The translations under genes and the position numbers were made by a program. A stretch of 64,000 nt of DNA from Phaeosaccion multiseriatum (lineage: Eukaryota > Protista > Ochrophyta, other classes): assembly GCA_965112735.1 (NCBI GenBank), contig OZ218955.1, forward strand, positions 1,984,001 to 2,048,000, given 5' to 3'. Shown here in pieces: positions 33,062-46,900 of this stretch; position 1 is the first letter of the stretch; each line of letters opens with the position of its first letter. The notes under the pieces were generated by a model. It saw only the letters and a program-made list of their open reading frames with translations, ran no database searches and was not told the DNA's origin.

Positions 33062-33652
33062 TCAGGTGGGTGGTGGCTCCGAGAACAAGAGGGAGGCATT
33101 GGTTCCTCCAAAGCCGAAGGAGTTAGACAACGCGGCTCGGATTTCCCGTGGCTGCGAACAGTCCTTCACCCTCACGTGAGTAAAGCCAAAGTCGCCTGCG
33201 CGGCCCGAACATACGCAAGTCACACATCGCCCAGGTCCAGTTCAAGGCGTACAGGTGCAGTTCATGTCACACGGCCGACCAACGTACAGGGGGGGGGGCG
33301 TCGGGTGCAAGGGGGGTTGGGGGGTGGGTGAGTGTGTGAGTCAGTGAGTGGGTGGTTCGGTGAGTAGGTGGTGGCGGGTGGGCTGGGGTGGGGTGGGCTG
33401 GGGCGGGGTGCAGTGCAGCAGCAGGGGGGATGTGGGCGAGGAGATGCGAACAGAAAGCGGTTATTGAGAAATCACTACACCATCCCATGAACGAAGGGAC
33501 TCACTCACTAGCCCAGAAAAGAGCACAAATCTTGTCTCTGCCGTCAAGCACGCGCGCACGCACGCACACACGTGCACACATTCACACACATACGCTTACG
33601 CGCACCACCCACCCACCCATACCCACGCACACACACACACACACACACTCAG

Positions 33653-33683
<31 letters not shown>

Positions 33684-34255
33684 CATGCACACGCACACAC
33701 AAACACACGCACACACACCGTCCGGGTCGTCCAGGTTGAGGGTGGGCGGAGCAAGGCCGTCCCGAATAGCCAACATGGCAAGGGCTGCTTCCACCGCCCC
33801 CGCCGCGCCGAGGAGGTGCCCCGTGGCGCCCTTGGTGCTTGATACCAGCAGGCTGTCTGCAGAGAAGGGACGGAGAGAGAGAGAGGGCAGACGGAAGAGG
33901 CAGTGGATGGCAGCAGATGGCAGTAAGACGTCTGAATGAGTTTTCAGTTGCACGCTGTTGCATGGTGTGTGTGAAGTAGGGGTGTGCCAACTCGGGGGCG
34001 GGAATCAGTGAGTGAGTCAGTCAGTGAGTGAGACAGTCAGCCAGGTAGTCTGTACGGCAGAATTACGTATGAATACGTACTTCTCCGTCCGAAGACGGTG
34101 TCGATGGCTCTGCCCTCGGCCAAATCCCCGAGGGGGGTGGAGGTAGCGTGGGCATTGAGATACCCAACATGTTCAGGCTGCAGGCCGGACTGCTCCAATG
34201 CCATTCGCATCGACTTGAGATGAGGACCAGAGAGAGGGGATCGAACGGATGAAGC

Positions 34256-34321
<66 letters not shown>

Positions 34322-35843
34322 TAGCAATGACGCAAAGAGATAGAGTGGCAGAGAGACTGAGAGACAAGGTAAGTCCAGTGTCAAAGGAAAAAAGAGGGTG
34401 AGGAGCCCCCATTCCACAAGCATACAAAAGAGTCAAAGACGAACCTGCACGGCGCCTCTGCCGTCTTCCCACGGTGCAGTGATGTGGTTAGCATCTCCTG
34501 AGAGGCCGTACCCGCGTACCTCTGCCAGCAATGGGGCTCCACGAGCGAGGGCAGAGTGGAGCTCCTCCAGCACCACCACCCCCGCTCCCTCGGCCACGAC
34601 GAAGCCGTCTCGGCCTTTGTCGAACGGCCTTTTTTATAACGTTAAAAAGTTTGGGGGGGGGTGGGGTGGGGTTGATTGGATTGGGTGGGGTCGGGATGGG
34701 CTGAGTCGGGCTGAGGGCTTGCGGGGGGGGGGGTCGCAGGAGCGAAAACAAAAACAAAAGACAGACAGCCCCATAGTTGCACACAATACCTCGAAGCCTT
34801 GGCCGGTTGGTCGTTGTACCCTGTGGACAGGGCGCGCATCCTGCCGAACCCTGCGAGGGAGAGGTGATTGACACATGCCTCCGTGCCTCCTGCCACCATC
34901 ATGTCGGCGTCTCCGAACTTGATGAAGCGAAAAGCATCGCCGATGGAGTGGGCGCTGCAAGAGCAGGAGGGAGGGGAAGGGTGTGAGCCACACTGACACA
35001 CGTAACTCAAACACACACATTTGCACACCCACACCCACACCCACACCCACACACACACACACACATAGGGGCGGTTCAAAGGAGAAGAGGAAGCAGCAGG
35101 GACACGGGGTGGGAGACAAATTGGAGATGCTCGAAGCGAGAGAGGGAAATACTCGGACACTGGGGATTCCGGAAGGGAGGAGACACGCGAGACACCAGCA
35201 TGACAAGCCTACTTCAAAAACCTACTTACCCTGTTGCGCAAGCGGTAACGACGGAGTGATTGGGCCCCCGTAGCCCGTGCTTGATGCTTACATGTCCAGC
35301 CGCCAGGTTGAGCAAGATCTTGGGGACGAAATGCGGCGAAAGCTTCCGATACCCTCCTCTCCCTCCTCCTCCCTTTTCCCGCAAGATTCTATCCGCAGCC
35401 CACACGTCCTCCAACGCTCCAATGCCGGCACCGATGGAAACGCCTGCGCGCAAGTTTCTCCCCTCTCCCCCCTCCCACCTGGCCATGTGAAGGGCTTCCT
35501 CGGCCGCCGCGAGGGCAAACTGCACAAACCGGGAGACTGACTGTGGCTGGCTCTTCACAGAGAACAGACCACTCCCTTCTCCCTCAGGCACTGTCGCAGC
35601 CAAAGGCGTGGGATAGCTCTGCAGCCCCCCCCATGGTGATGCGTCTCCGCTTCCACTGTCGTCTGGCGGCAGGATGGGGTGGGTGGGGTCGTGTTGGCCC
35701 TGCAAGGCTCGCACGCCAGTCTCCCCCTTCATCAGGGCCGAAAGAGTGGCCTTCACACCGTTTCCCAGCGGCGTCACCATACCGATCCCCGTCACCACTA
35801 CCCTGCGCTGGGCCAGCAGTGGCGGGGCGAGGAAGGGGGCCAT
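33062..35843 (-). CDS. OXSM: 3-oxoacyl-[ACP] synthase (FabF/OXSM type, probably mitochondrial FAS II)
   Basis: Exons 35843-35230, 34954-34790, 34628-34445, 34213-34081, 33856-33719, 33195-33062: [28 protein letters not shown] (catalytic Cys), [60 protein letters not shown]. Confidence 0.93.
34257..34320. repeat. (GACA)n microsatellite in KAS intron
   Basis: Perfect tetranucleotide run. Confidence 0.9.
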
Positions 35844-36059
35844 CTCTCCGCTTCCCTTCCTGCTTCGAAGACTTTGAGCACGCCTCGACTCACAGAATTT
35901 TGTCTCCCGGGGGTTGAGGGATCACATTGCCGCACAAGGGGAGCGGGGCTAACCATAGCATGTGGTTGTGCAGACGTGCGGAATAGGTCTGTGTTCCCCA
36001 ACTTCTTGTGGTTGTGGGGGAGCGGAGATATCTTTCGCAATTGAAAATAACAACTTTCC

Positions 36060-37602
36060 ATGGATACGAAATCGGGCAGCAAGCGCAAGCTTGAAGAGAG
36101 GGAGGGACAAGGAGGAGGAGGAGCAGGAGGAGGAGGAGATGGTGGAAGTGGTGCCAGTCGAAGTAGGGCTGGGACGAGCCGAGCGAGGAGGGGGGGCACA
36201 ATGGCGGAGGTCAGGGAGGAGGGCCCGGAGGAGTCCTCCGCACCCGTCCATCCCCCTCAGGAGATCGGAGGGGGCAGCGTCAACAGGCTTTTGTCCTGCT
36301 TAGCTCAGCATCTGGCTCTGGGCCCTCCTTTGTCGTCTTCTCCGTCGCCGGCTTCGATTTCTGCCACCTCCGCAGCCATCTCAGGCACAACCGCTGGTGC
36401 TTTACTTGAGGCGAGAGGTGAGAAGAGTAGTAGCAGTTCTAGGCTTCGCAGCAGCACTGCGCCCCCAACAGCCTCTGAAGCTGGTGACGGTGAGGCGGGA
36501 GCGGAGGCGGGAGAAGCATCTACAGCAGCAGTTGAAGGGGAGGTGCCCCTCCCGCCTGTGGTGGGTCCGCTGCTCGCCAACGCCGTGGGCTGTATTATCC
36601 GCCACATGGCCCGAAGACTCCAGTCTTCTGCCCCTGGCTCTTCAGCTGCGTCTTCTTCTAGTGCCAATGTCGGTCAGCGCTTGACTGGGGGGGCTGCTTC
36701 CTCGCCGGAAGGGCATCACCAGCGGCCTCACAGGGGCACAGGCGGCAGTGGTGGAAGCAGCGGTGGAAGCAGCGGCAGCGGCATGAATGGAAGGAAGGGA
36801 AGCGGCGGCAGGACCGGTAGGAGTGGTAGCAGCAGCAGCAACAACAGCAGCAACAGCAGCAGCGGTAGCAGTGGCGGAGAAGTGTTTTCCCGCGACGAGG
36901 CTCCCGCGATGCTTCTCTTCGCAGAGGTGGGCACTGACCTGCTGGAGTCGATGCTACTGGTGAGTGCAGGGTGGATGGGCTGAAGAGCGCATCAACGGGA
37001 AGGATTGCACGAGGGCAGGCATGTGGGAGGGAGGGACCGGGAAGGCACGAGCGTACAGGAGAGGATTCCCCCCCCCCTCCACTCCTCACCCTCTCTCGAC
37101 CTCTCCCCCTCTCGGTCTCTCTCCCTCTCTCGATCTTACTCCCTTGCTCTCCCTCTCCCCACTCCCTTCTTCCTCCCTCCCTCCCTCCTCCCCCCTTCGC
37201 CCCTGCCGTTTGCTCGTACCAGGCTTCCTCTGGCAGTGGGAGCACCCCCGGAAGCTCTGGAAGACGCGCCTCTCCCGCCCCCTCCTGCTCGCCCCTCTGG
37301 GGGGCCGTTCCTCCTCAGCTTGTGCAGCGCCTTTGTCAGGAGCTGGCCTCTTTCGCAGTAGGTGGGTGCTGGACGGCCTGAATGGGGGTGGGGTGAAGGC
37401 TTATCTCCTAACCAGTACAATAGCGAGTGGGAGCTGAGAACAAATGCAAGTTATCAGCATTACTGCGGTTTTGCGGTTGATTGCCCCCCTGAAGCCGATT
37501 TGAGCAAACCTTGAACAGAAATCCGTCCCCCACCCACCGTCTGGCTGCAGTTTTTTTTTCTTGCTGTCCGAAGACCCTTTTCCGCCCTCTTACAGTGAGA
37601 CG

Positions 37603-37638
<36 letters not shown>

Positions 37639-37945
37639 CCTCGGTGTTTTTGTCATTGGCTTCCTTCCGCCGCCCCCACATCATATAGGGTTGCTGGAGA
37701 GGATCTTGGAAATGGACAACATACCACAGAGGCGTAGTATGGAGGATGTGTGGGGTATCGTGAGGCTGATCGAGTGCTCCGCCACCCTCGCAGGGAGAGG
37801 AGAGAGCGCTCGAGGCTTGGCAGCAACAGCAGCACCCAGAGGAGGAGCACCCAGGACAGGAGGAGGGGCGGGACGACTTTTGCCCTCCATAGGCGATAAG
37901 GAGGCGGCGGTCGGGGCACCGGCAGCGTCGAGTGGTGGGGGGGCT

Positions 37946-37977
<32 letters not shown>

Positions 37978-40900
37978 CGGCAGCGGTGGCGGCCGGGTGA
38001 CAAGGAGCCAGTTCAGTCGGAGGAAACGGCGGAGTGGGGACAGTAGCAACGAAGACAAGGCCGTTGTAGTGGGCGTGGCAGCGGGCGCAGGAGATGGGGT
38101 CGCGACTACGGGGAGCAGCAGCAGCAGCGTCAGTAGTAAGAGCCGAGGAGGCACGGGTGAGGGTACACTGCCCGGCAAGCGCTCCTGGGCGAATCTTCCT
38201 CTCATCAGTGTAACCGACTCCGATCTCTGCTTGGACGTGGACTTGCAAGATACGCTGACAAATACGGTGGACCAGATCGAAGCCAGCCTTTCTGCGGCTG
38301 CGGCAGGGGCAGGGGGAAGAGTGGCACGACCTGCGCAATTATCCGCAGCAAGCAGCGGTGGAAGCAGCAGCAACAGTAAGGAAGGCACAAAGAAGAGGGG
38401 GAGGGGAGGGGCAAGGGCCGCAGGAGATAGAGGAGGAGGAGGAGGAGGAGGAGGAGGAGAAGGGTTGGAAGGGGAAGGAAGTGCCGTCAAAGCAGTGGAC
38501 GATGCAGAGGGCATGCTGCTTCGCCTGTCCCAGCTGGGACATTTTGTTACAGTCCGTCGCAGTCCGGAGAGCGTCAGCTCTGAGGCCAACGCGCGTGAGG
38601 TTGTAGGGGGGGGCGAAGCAGGTACTGGTCGTGGAGGCGACTCGTCTTCGCCTGCTCCAGGCCTCGTGTCTTCTTCAAGGCGGCAAGGCGGCGGAGGTAG
38701 GCGGGGTAGCGGCGGCCGCGGTGGAAGCGGAGCTGCAGCGGGGGGTGCCGCGTCAGCAGCGGCAACAGCAGCAGCCGCAGCAACAGCCGCAGAGTCAGGA
38801 GCAGGAGGAGGAGGAGGGGCGGGAGGAATGAGCCAGAATGTCCTGTCGCTCGTTGGTGATGATGCGATAGGCAGGCGAGCGGTCCGATGGTGTACAACGG
38901 CCTGTCTCAGTGAGGAGTGGAGACTGTTCTGCTCGCAGGAGTTCCTGAAAGAGAAGCAACAGCACCAGTTGGTGATACAGGAGCAAAAGGAGGAGGAGGA
39001 CGAGGAGGGCGAGGAACACTCTGCCGGAGACGGCGACGCAGATGTGCAGGAGATGGAGGAGGGCGACACTGATGAGGAGGAGGTACGCACGGTGTCTAGT
39101 GTCTACGTTTAAGAGTCTGTGTTTGGGTTTTTGTCTCAAGTTTTGCCAGTCGTTGGTTGTTGAAGCACTATGCTGGGCTTTTGAATGCGACCGAAGCCGA
39201 ACCACCGACCACAGGCGCCAGGCGCTGCCCCCTTCTTACCTCTCGCCCCCCGAACCTTTTTGATTTTCTTGCCATGCTGTGTCTATCTTCTTTTTCCTGT
39301 CTTGACATACACGCACAGCCCAACGCGGAGGCCGACCACGAGCGTGGCGAAGGGAAAGACGACGGAGCACGGGGGCGGAGGCGCAAGGCGAGGAGAGTCG
39401 CCTTCTCCTCACAATCACCGGGGGGGGCCTCCTCCGCCTCCTCTTCTTCGCGTCGACGGGCGCCGAGGACGAGTACAGAAGGAGGTGCGCTGGGAAACAC
39501 TGATTTGAGCAGCGTCGTTGTCGGTGGGAGTGGGGGGAGCAGCTCTGCTGTGGTGGAGACGGAGACGCCTGATGGAGCACCAACTCTCGCAGGCGGGAGG
39601 GGGGGGGGGCTGTCTCTTCTGTTGAGACTTGTCACAAAGGTGATACATGCCGTCAAGGAGGCCCAATCACCACCCAACGGCAGCAGACCTCCTTCAGCGG
39701 CAGTGTTGGGCTCCGGCAGGAGTGGTGGTGCTAGTAAAGCTTCCGCAGGTGATGGTTCAGACGGTGGGGAAGGAGCAGCAGCATTGAAGGCCTTGGAACT
39801 AGGTCGCGTGGATGTCGCCGCAGCAGTGGATGCTGTGTTCGACCTCTACGAGACAAGGTTGGTCGAGGGTTCTGATTGCCAGCCCCAGCCCCCGCGGCAG
39901 CAGCAGCAGCAGCAGCAGCAGCAGGTGGAAGAAGGGGGGTCTGGAGGAACGGAGGAAACAAAGACACAGGATGTAAGCAAGGGAGGACGATACGTACATA
40001 CTACAAAGAGAGGAGCAGGGGAGGAAGTGGCGGCTGGTGACGACGAGGACGACGAAGTGGAAAAGCTCCTGAGCACTATGCCGCCAGCGCCTGTGCGAGA
40101 GACTTGTTCCCACTTGTCCCAACGCATGCACACCGTCACCTCTGCACTTATGCCTCTCGTTCTCGTTGATGAGCGCGGGGCTGGTGGGGCGGCGGGCAAG
40201 GGGGGAGCCGGGGCGGAACAACAACGCCAATCGCTGGGTATGAGCGTGCCTCTACTGGAGGATTTGAGCGGGCTCTTTGGGATGGCAGGCGACAGCAGCC
40301 AGCAGGGTCTGGGTCAGGGTCAGGGTACAGGTCAGGCGAGGACGTCATCCACTTCTAGCAGAAGCAGCGGCAAGTCTGGCGGGGGTGGATGGTTTGGGGG
40401 GAACCCAAAAGACGGGCCCAGCAGCAGCAGCAGCCGCAGCAGCAGCGGGTCCAACGTGTCGTCCGGTGCGAGTGCCACTGCTGCAGGCCTGGCCTCAACC
40501 ATGCGTGTGTACTGCGCCTCCCGCGTGCTGGCCACCCTCCCCGGTCAACGTCAGATGGAGGCACTCCTGCAATTGGTCGGAGGAGAAGGAGAGGACCTTG
40601 CAGGTACGATTCGGCTCGCGATGTGCGGGGGGCTGCCTACCTTTGCCCTTCCCTTTGCCTTTGCCTTTGCCTTTGCCCCCCCTCTCTTCTTTTTTCGCTC
40701 CGTGGTGACGGGATTTTTATCTCTCGGTTGTTCCATCTCTGCTTTTCCCTCCCAGATTCTCTATTGCCATCCTGTACTTGTTTTCCACATGATTGTACTC
40801 CTCTGAGCATTGCCTTACCTCCCCTCTGAGCATTGCCTCACCTCCCCTCCCCTCCCCTGCCTCCCTCCTCCCCGTCCTCCCACCCCCCCCCTGTCCTCAG

Positions 40901-42647
40901 GAGGGCTTGAAGATGTGCTCCTCGCGACGGCAATACCCTCAAAGGTCCTTCCAGGGGGTCTGGCCAGCTTTGCCATCAAGAACGTTCTGGACACCGTCCG
41001 ATCGGCCGCTTCTTCGCAAAGCTCGACCTCCAGTACGACTACTGCCGCCACCACCACCACCACCACCACGACCACGACGTCATCATCACCACCCCCCTCT
41101 CACACTACACCAGGCTCGATAGGAGGAGGGCGCGCGTACACACTGTGTACAGGGCAAGGCGGTACTTGTGGCACTTTTGATCGCCGCCTTGCACTGTTTG
41201 TGTCCGCGTTTTTGCCGTGGCCGTCGTCATCAGGAGAAGGGACAGTGGCAGCGGCAGCAGCACCGGCGATGATGGTGAGCCCCCAGGACATGCGTGGGGA
41301 GGAAGGTACAGCCGCCGCGTCTGCTCTGTTGGATACTCTCTGTACGTGCCTGCTGGCCGCGGTGGTCCATGAACGGGAGCGAGTTTATCTGAAAGAAGGA
41401 GATGGGAGCAGTAGCAGTAGTAGTAGTAGTAGCAGCAGCAGCAGCAGCAGCAGCAGTGGGAAGAACACCTCAGTGGGCGGGCAGCTCCAGCACCGGCGGC
41501 CGACGGTGTCAGGGGCAGAGGTGCGCACGCTGGATAGCATCGTGATGCGTACGTACGCGCTCCTCGCTTCGGTATTTAAGGCCGCGAAAGGTGGCAACAA
41601 CGTCAGCAACACCAGCAAGCAGGGCAAGGTCACAGACGGCAGTGGTGCGGCGGCCGCAGCGGACGACAGCGGTACCGGTAGCAGAGGTGGTGGGGCGAAG
41701 TACTCCGTGGCAAGAGGGCCAACGAGTGAGAGGCAACCGCTGGGAAGCAGTAAGAAGCAGCGCGTCTCGAGTCCTTCCTCTGATACAGGGACGGATGGAG
41801 GAGGAGAGGCGTCCTCTATCACCGGCCTTATTTCCTCCGGCCTACCGGACCTGCTGACGACGGCTTTCCGTGAGCGCCACGTGCGATTGCTACTCATGGC
41901 GACTGCTGCGTGGGACCCCTGGTCTGGGCTAGCACCGGCACCGGCGAACACGGGACTAGTGATGAAGAGGAGCAAGTCGACGGCCGGGTGGCAGACGAAG
42001 GTTTGGGCGTCTTCAGGCAACCTTATGGATGCAATGGCGAGCTTCTGTGCGTCGGAACTGACTCGCCGGAGCCGGGAGGCTGAGCAGGCCAAGCGGGAAG
42101 AGAGGGAGAGGCAGCTGGCCAAGCAAGAAGAGCAGCTGACGGAGGAGATGCAGCAAATCCAAATGATGGAGATGATTCAGCAGCAGCAGAAGCTCCTGAC
42201 GACGGCAGAGGGCGGTATGGTAGGGGGCTGGGGCGCAGTGACGGGTACCCCGGTGGGTGTCGACCCTCTCTCTAACCTGCAAGTGCCACCCATACGCCCC
42301 CAGCAGCCGCCTCAGGGAGTTGCACAGCCGCCGTCTGCCCCTCCTCCCATCCCCACCCAAGCTGTTGCGTTTTCACATGAGTTGGTGAGCGCGGCATTGG
42401 GTGTCGGGGCGGGGGTGGGAGGGTTCGGACTGGAGCAACAACAGCCGCCGCCGACGGCTAGATCGCGCTTATGTTTAGACATTGCCTCCGTCGTTCTCCT
42501 GCGCAAGCTGCTGGTGAAACTCACGCAGGAAGGTCACAGGGCATTGGTATCAGAGTTAGGTCTGGTGGTATGGGTGACGTTCTTGGACAGCTTGGAGCGG
42601 CACCTTCAGGAGTTTCAAGAGAATTTCCATGGCATTCAACAAGCCTT

Positions 42648-42687
<40 letters not shown>

Positions 42688-43912
42688 AGCGGGGGGGATG
42701 CTGAAGGGCATGAGGGAGAAGGAGCTCGAGCGGAGGGTGCCAGGACGCGGAGACTGAGGGCGAGAATGGTGCAGAGTTACTGGGGAAGCTTTTGTCTCTC
42801 TCGCCCTCAGCTACAGCTCCTGGCCTTCGCGTACTACCATCTGTCGGCGGCAGTGCATGATGTTGAGCATGGCGAAGGGCCCGCCGAAGACGAAAAAGAC
42901 CAGGATGTGGTGGAAGAGGAGGAGGGGGAGGAGGAGGAGCAGAAGGAGCGCCGAGTGGTGCTGCTGGCGCGGCTGCAGGTGAACGCCATCGCGCTCATGG
43001 CTACGGTCACTGCGGTGGGGGGATCCCAACAAGGTGTGGAGTCGGTGGAGGAAGTACTACCTGCGAACGAGGGTATGGATGAGGCCACAGCAGCAGGAAC
43101 AGCAGGAGCAAGAGGACAAGGAAGGATAACTTGGCAGCCCTTCCTGCGGCAGATACTGCAACTCCTTTCGTTTTGCGTCACGCACGTGGATGAGCGAGAG
43201 AGCAAGGAGCTCATTTCGCCCGACTACATGCTGAAAGCATGCGCTGTGACGCCCGTGGTACCCCCATTCTCCTCCTCTCCCAGCCCCCCCGCTTCTTCTT
43301 CTACATCTTCTTCGTGCAGTTCCTCCTCGAGGGCTGCTGTCCGGCGTCGCGGCCAGGCTCAGGGGCAGGGTCAGGCGGGGGGCGGCAAGCAGCAGCAGCA
43401 GCAGCAGGAGGTTGAGACCATAGAGCATGTATACTGCTATACCGCGCTACTCGATCGGGATGTGGACAGGCCCGTTGTGTGGCATCGCAGGACCGAACGA
43501 GCCCAGCGGGTTCTGGCGCGGGCCTCCTTTGGGGGTTCTGCTGGCTTTAGTGGTGAGCTGCGGCGCTGTGTGGAGGAAATCATGCGGTGTGCCAGCGCGC
43601 CTTCGCTGGCAAGGTCATCCTCCTCAGCAGGGAAGAGCTCCGGGCAGCAAGTCGAGACACCTTCAGCCGTTGTCAGCTTGAGGAGCAGCAGCGGCGGCAC
43701 ATCGAAGAAGAGACGGAGGCCTGCCACTCTAGGGAGCGCTGCCTCGTTCGCACCGGAAGGACCGGGAGACGTGGAGGCCTTGAGGCTTGTAATGACAGGC
43801 TGGAGAGTACTTTCTCTGCTGCCGGAAGACGTGTTTCTGTCTAGCACTGGGCCTCTGATTCCTTTCAGCACTAGCAACAGCAGCAGCAGCAGCAGCAGGA
43901 GCAGTAGTAGCG

Positions 43913-43952
<40 letters not shown>

Positions 43953-46900
43953 GGCGGAGCATTCGCCGCCCAAAGGCCTGATCGGCAGTGCTGCTACTCT
44001 GAGAGCCGCTCTGCTTTGCCTACAGTCTGCTGCCGAGGGCACCGGGGGCAGTGCAAGCCACACACCGACATGCATCGGGTCCACGACTCTCCAGACTATT
44101 ACGCAGGAAGTGTGCGGAGCGGTGGGAGAGTGGTGTGCATTGAGGGTGGAACGCAGTGGCAGCAGCAGCCGCAAAGAACCCACCAAGGGCATGCTCCTCT
44201 CCCCTCTGGAGGAGCACTATCAGCTACACTGTCTTGTCAATTGCTTCGGTGTCTTTGTCAGAGCCGCTGTTGCTCAAAGGAAGAAGCATCAAGCGGTCTC
44301 CGACGTGTCGAATGCAGTTGATGGGCAGGAAGAGGACGCATCTCCTTCTCCGGCTGCCAGCAGTACTGCGACCGTCCCTCTGTCCGAGCTGACCAGTCTG
44401 GTGAAGCAGTTGGTGACTCTGACGGGCGCGTGGAGGAGATATAACGAGGCCCTTCTGCAGGACTGTGTCGTGTTGGTGATACAGCAGCAGCAACAGGTCG
44501 TCGCCGGAGATCGAAGCGGGGTATGTGAGGGAGACGGCCAAGCGGACGGAATGGAGGACGAAGACCAAGAGATGGCACCAGATGGGTCAGGGGCGAAGTC
44601 AACTGCAGAGACAGGGGCCGCAGCAGCAACCGGAGAGGAAGAGGGTGCAGCGGGGCGCGCCGAGGGACAGGTGGGTGTACACGTCAAAGTGTGGGGGACA
44701 ATGGGGCCCGGAGGTTACACTGCTTAAAAATTGTGTCCCAGTTATGTGTGTTTACGTTTTGTGTGGCGCGCGTCTCGCGCACGGGGTTCTCTCCTATCGT
44801 ACGTACATCCGGAGCTGGAGCTAGGTTTAGGCTCTTCTTGGGTGGCTTTTGTGTTATCGCTCTGCGGTCCTCGCCCCTTCCCCCCACTCTCCTTCAAACT
44901 AACCTTCGTTCACGCTTTTGTGGGCTGTGTCTGTCTTTGTCTCTCGTACTGCGCACGCGGTGCCGCTATGCCTGCCCACAGGTCCAGCTGCAGCACGAGC
45001 AAGCTCTGCTCACTGCGGAAGCTTCCATGTTGGTGGCAGCTTTGAGCTCCGAGAGCGGAGTGGTGGAGGGCTCGCACGCCATGACCCAGGCTATGGACTT
45101 TATTGGGGGTGAGTGAGTGGGTCTCTGAGCATCTCGTTTCGTCTCCTCTCCTCTCGTCTGCGCGTGGGCTTGGTTGGTTGGGAGGCAGAGAACCCCTTGG
45201 GTCCATTGAGGGCACAACAAAGTAAGCTGTTGTGCACTTTTCCCCATCCCTTGGACATTTTCTCAGAGCCTTCTTGAATTGTTTGCATTGAGCACAGCAC
45301 AGGGCGTAACGCGCTCTCATCCAAGCGCCTTGCTCTACTGACCAAACAGCGTCGCTTGTTTTTGGTCTTCTCTTCTTCTGTCTCCCCCCCCCCCCCTCCC
45401 CCGCTTCCGGTCTTTGTTACCTCTGTGCAACCAGACGTCCGGTCGGTCGCCATCGGGAAAATGATTGCAGCCGGGGACGGAGGGCATAAATCACAGACAC
45501 TGCTCGGCATCTCACCGTCATCAGAGGGAGAGCTCCCTGTGTGGCATAGCCTGTGTGAGGCAGCCACGTCTGTCAACGCTCTGTCTCAGCCCGACACGGA
45601 CGCGTCTGTGTCTTGGGAGTACCTCATGGCGAGGCACGTGTGTGGATCTGCAGTGTCCTCACGGCGGGGCGGGGGGCTCCTCGAAGAAGGGACAGGAAGC
45701 AGCAGCAGCAGCAGCAAGGAAGTACGACAAGGCTTGGTGAACCTCTGCGTGGCCTCACGCTGCACGCTGGGCGGGCTCCTGGCCTGCTGCAGGGAAGCAC
45801 TGGACCTCTTGTGGGCAGAGCTGCAGCTGCACAGGGCGGAGATGGAGGGTGGTGAAGGTGGTAAAGGAGCCGTGGGAGGAGGAGAAGAAGAAGACCCAAC
45901 GGTCGATGGGCAGTACAAGACGGCGGCCGTGGTGGGTGGTATTTTTGAGATGGAGCGGAGCAGCAGTCAGAGCAGTACCGCACAGTGTATGGCCCTCTTC
46001 GGAGAGGTGTTGGCGGATGACACTCTGCGGCCGTTGCATGCTCTGCTGGACAGCAGCAGTGGCAGTAGCAATGAAGGCTTCTTCAAGGGGGTGAAGGAGT
46101 GCTTGCGAGCGGCAGCAAGCGACCGGACCCTACAGAGAGCCCTGCAAATGATGGAGATCGAAAAGGAGCTGATTTGCCGCGGTGTGGAGGTTGGGCAGCA
46201 GCAGCAGCAGCACCAGGAGGAGGAGAAAGAGGAGGAGCACGTTAGAGAGGAGGAAGATGTGGCGGGCAGAAGCGTTGCGGAGCGGGTGGTGTGGCAGAGT
46301 CTATCGACCTTAGTGTCGACGTGTAAGCATCGCAAGACTGCGGAGTCATCCTCCACCACCAGCGTCGTCGGTTCGGCGAGCAGCGCAAGCGTAGTGCCCT
46401 GTCTCTCTTTCTTCACTCGGTACGGCTTGCCGTCGTCGGTGGACATTCCGGACTGGCAAGGCAGCCGCTCCAAGATGGAAGGAGGCAGCAACAGCAGTAG
46501 CAGTACTAGCACGGCAGCAGCAGAGAGTGGACAAGGGCAAGCGATTGACAGTGACAGCACCAGGGCAATCATAACTCTCGTGGCGATTCCCTCCCCCGTG
46601 GCCGGGCTGGAGGGGGTGTCGACTGTGCTCGGGAACCGCCAGCTGGGGGCCCAGCGAAGGTGTCTGAGGCTGTTGTACTTGCTGCTGAGTGAGGCGTGGT
46701 GCCTGCAGCTGCAGGGAGAACAGGAGCAGAAGGTGACGAGGAAGAGCGATGAGGATACAAAGGGCATCACAACGCCCCCTCTTCGTCGTGTCTCTGTCTT
46801 TGTGGACGTGGTGTCCATGATTGCCTCTGCGCTGATTCGGTGGCCAAAACAGGTGCTCGCAGACTTTGTGAAAGACTGTGTGATTCGTCGAAGGGAGCTG

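Noticed and set aside
32759-33331. Plus-strand ORFs as a continuation of the haloperoxidase
   Set aside because: Antisense to the last KAS exon plus a (CTG)n repeat; no vHPO similarity.
33062-35843. KAS gene as a polyketide synthase of a biosynthetic cluster
   Set aside because: Stand-alone FabF/OXSM-like enzyme with no ACP, chain-length factor or modular domains nearby; best read as housekeeping.
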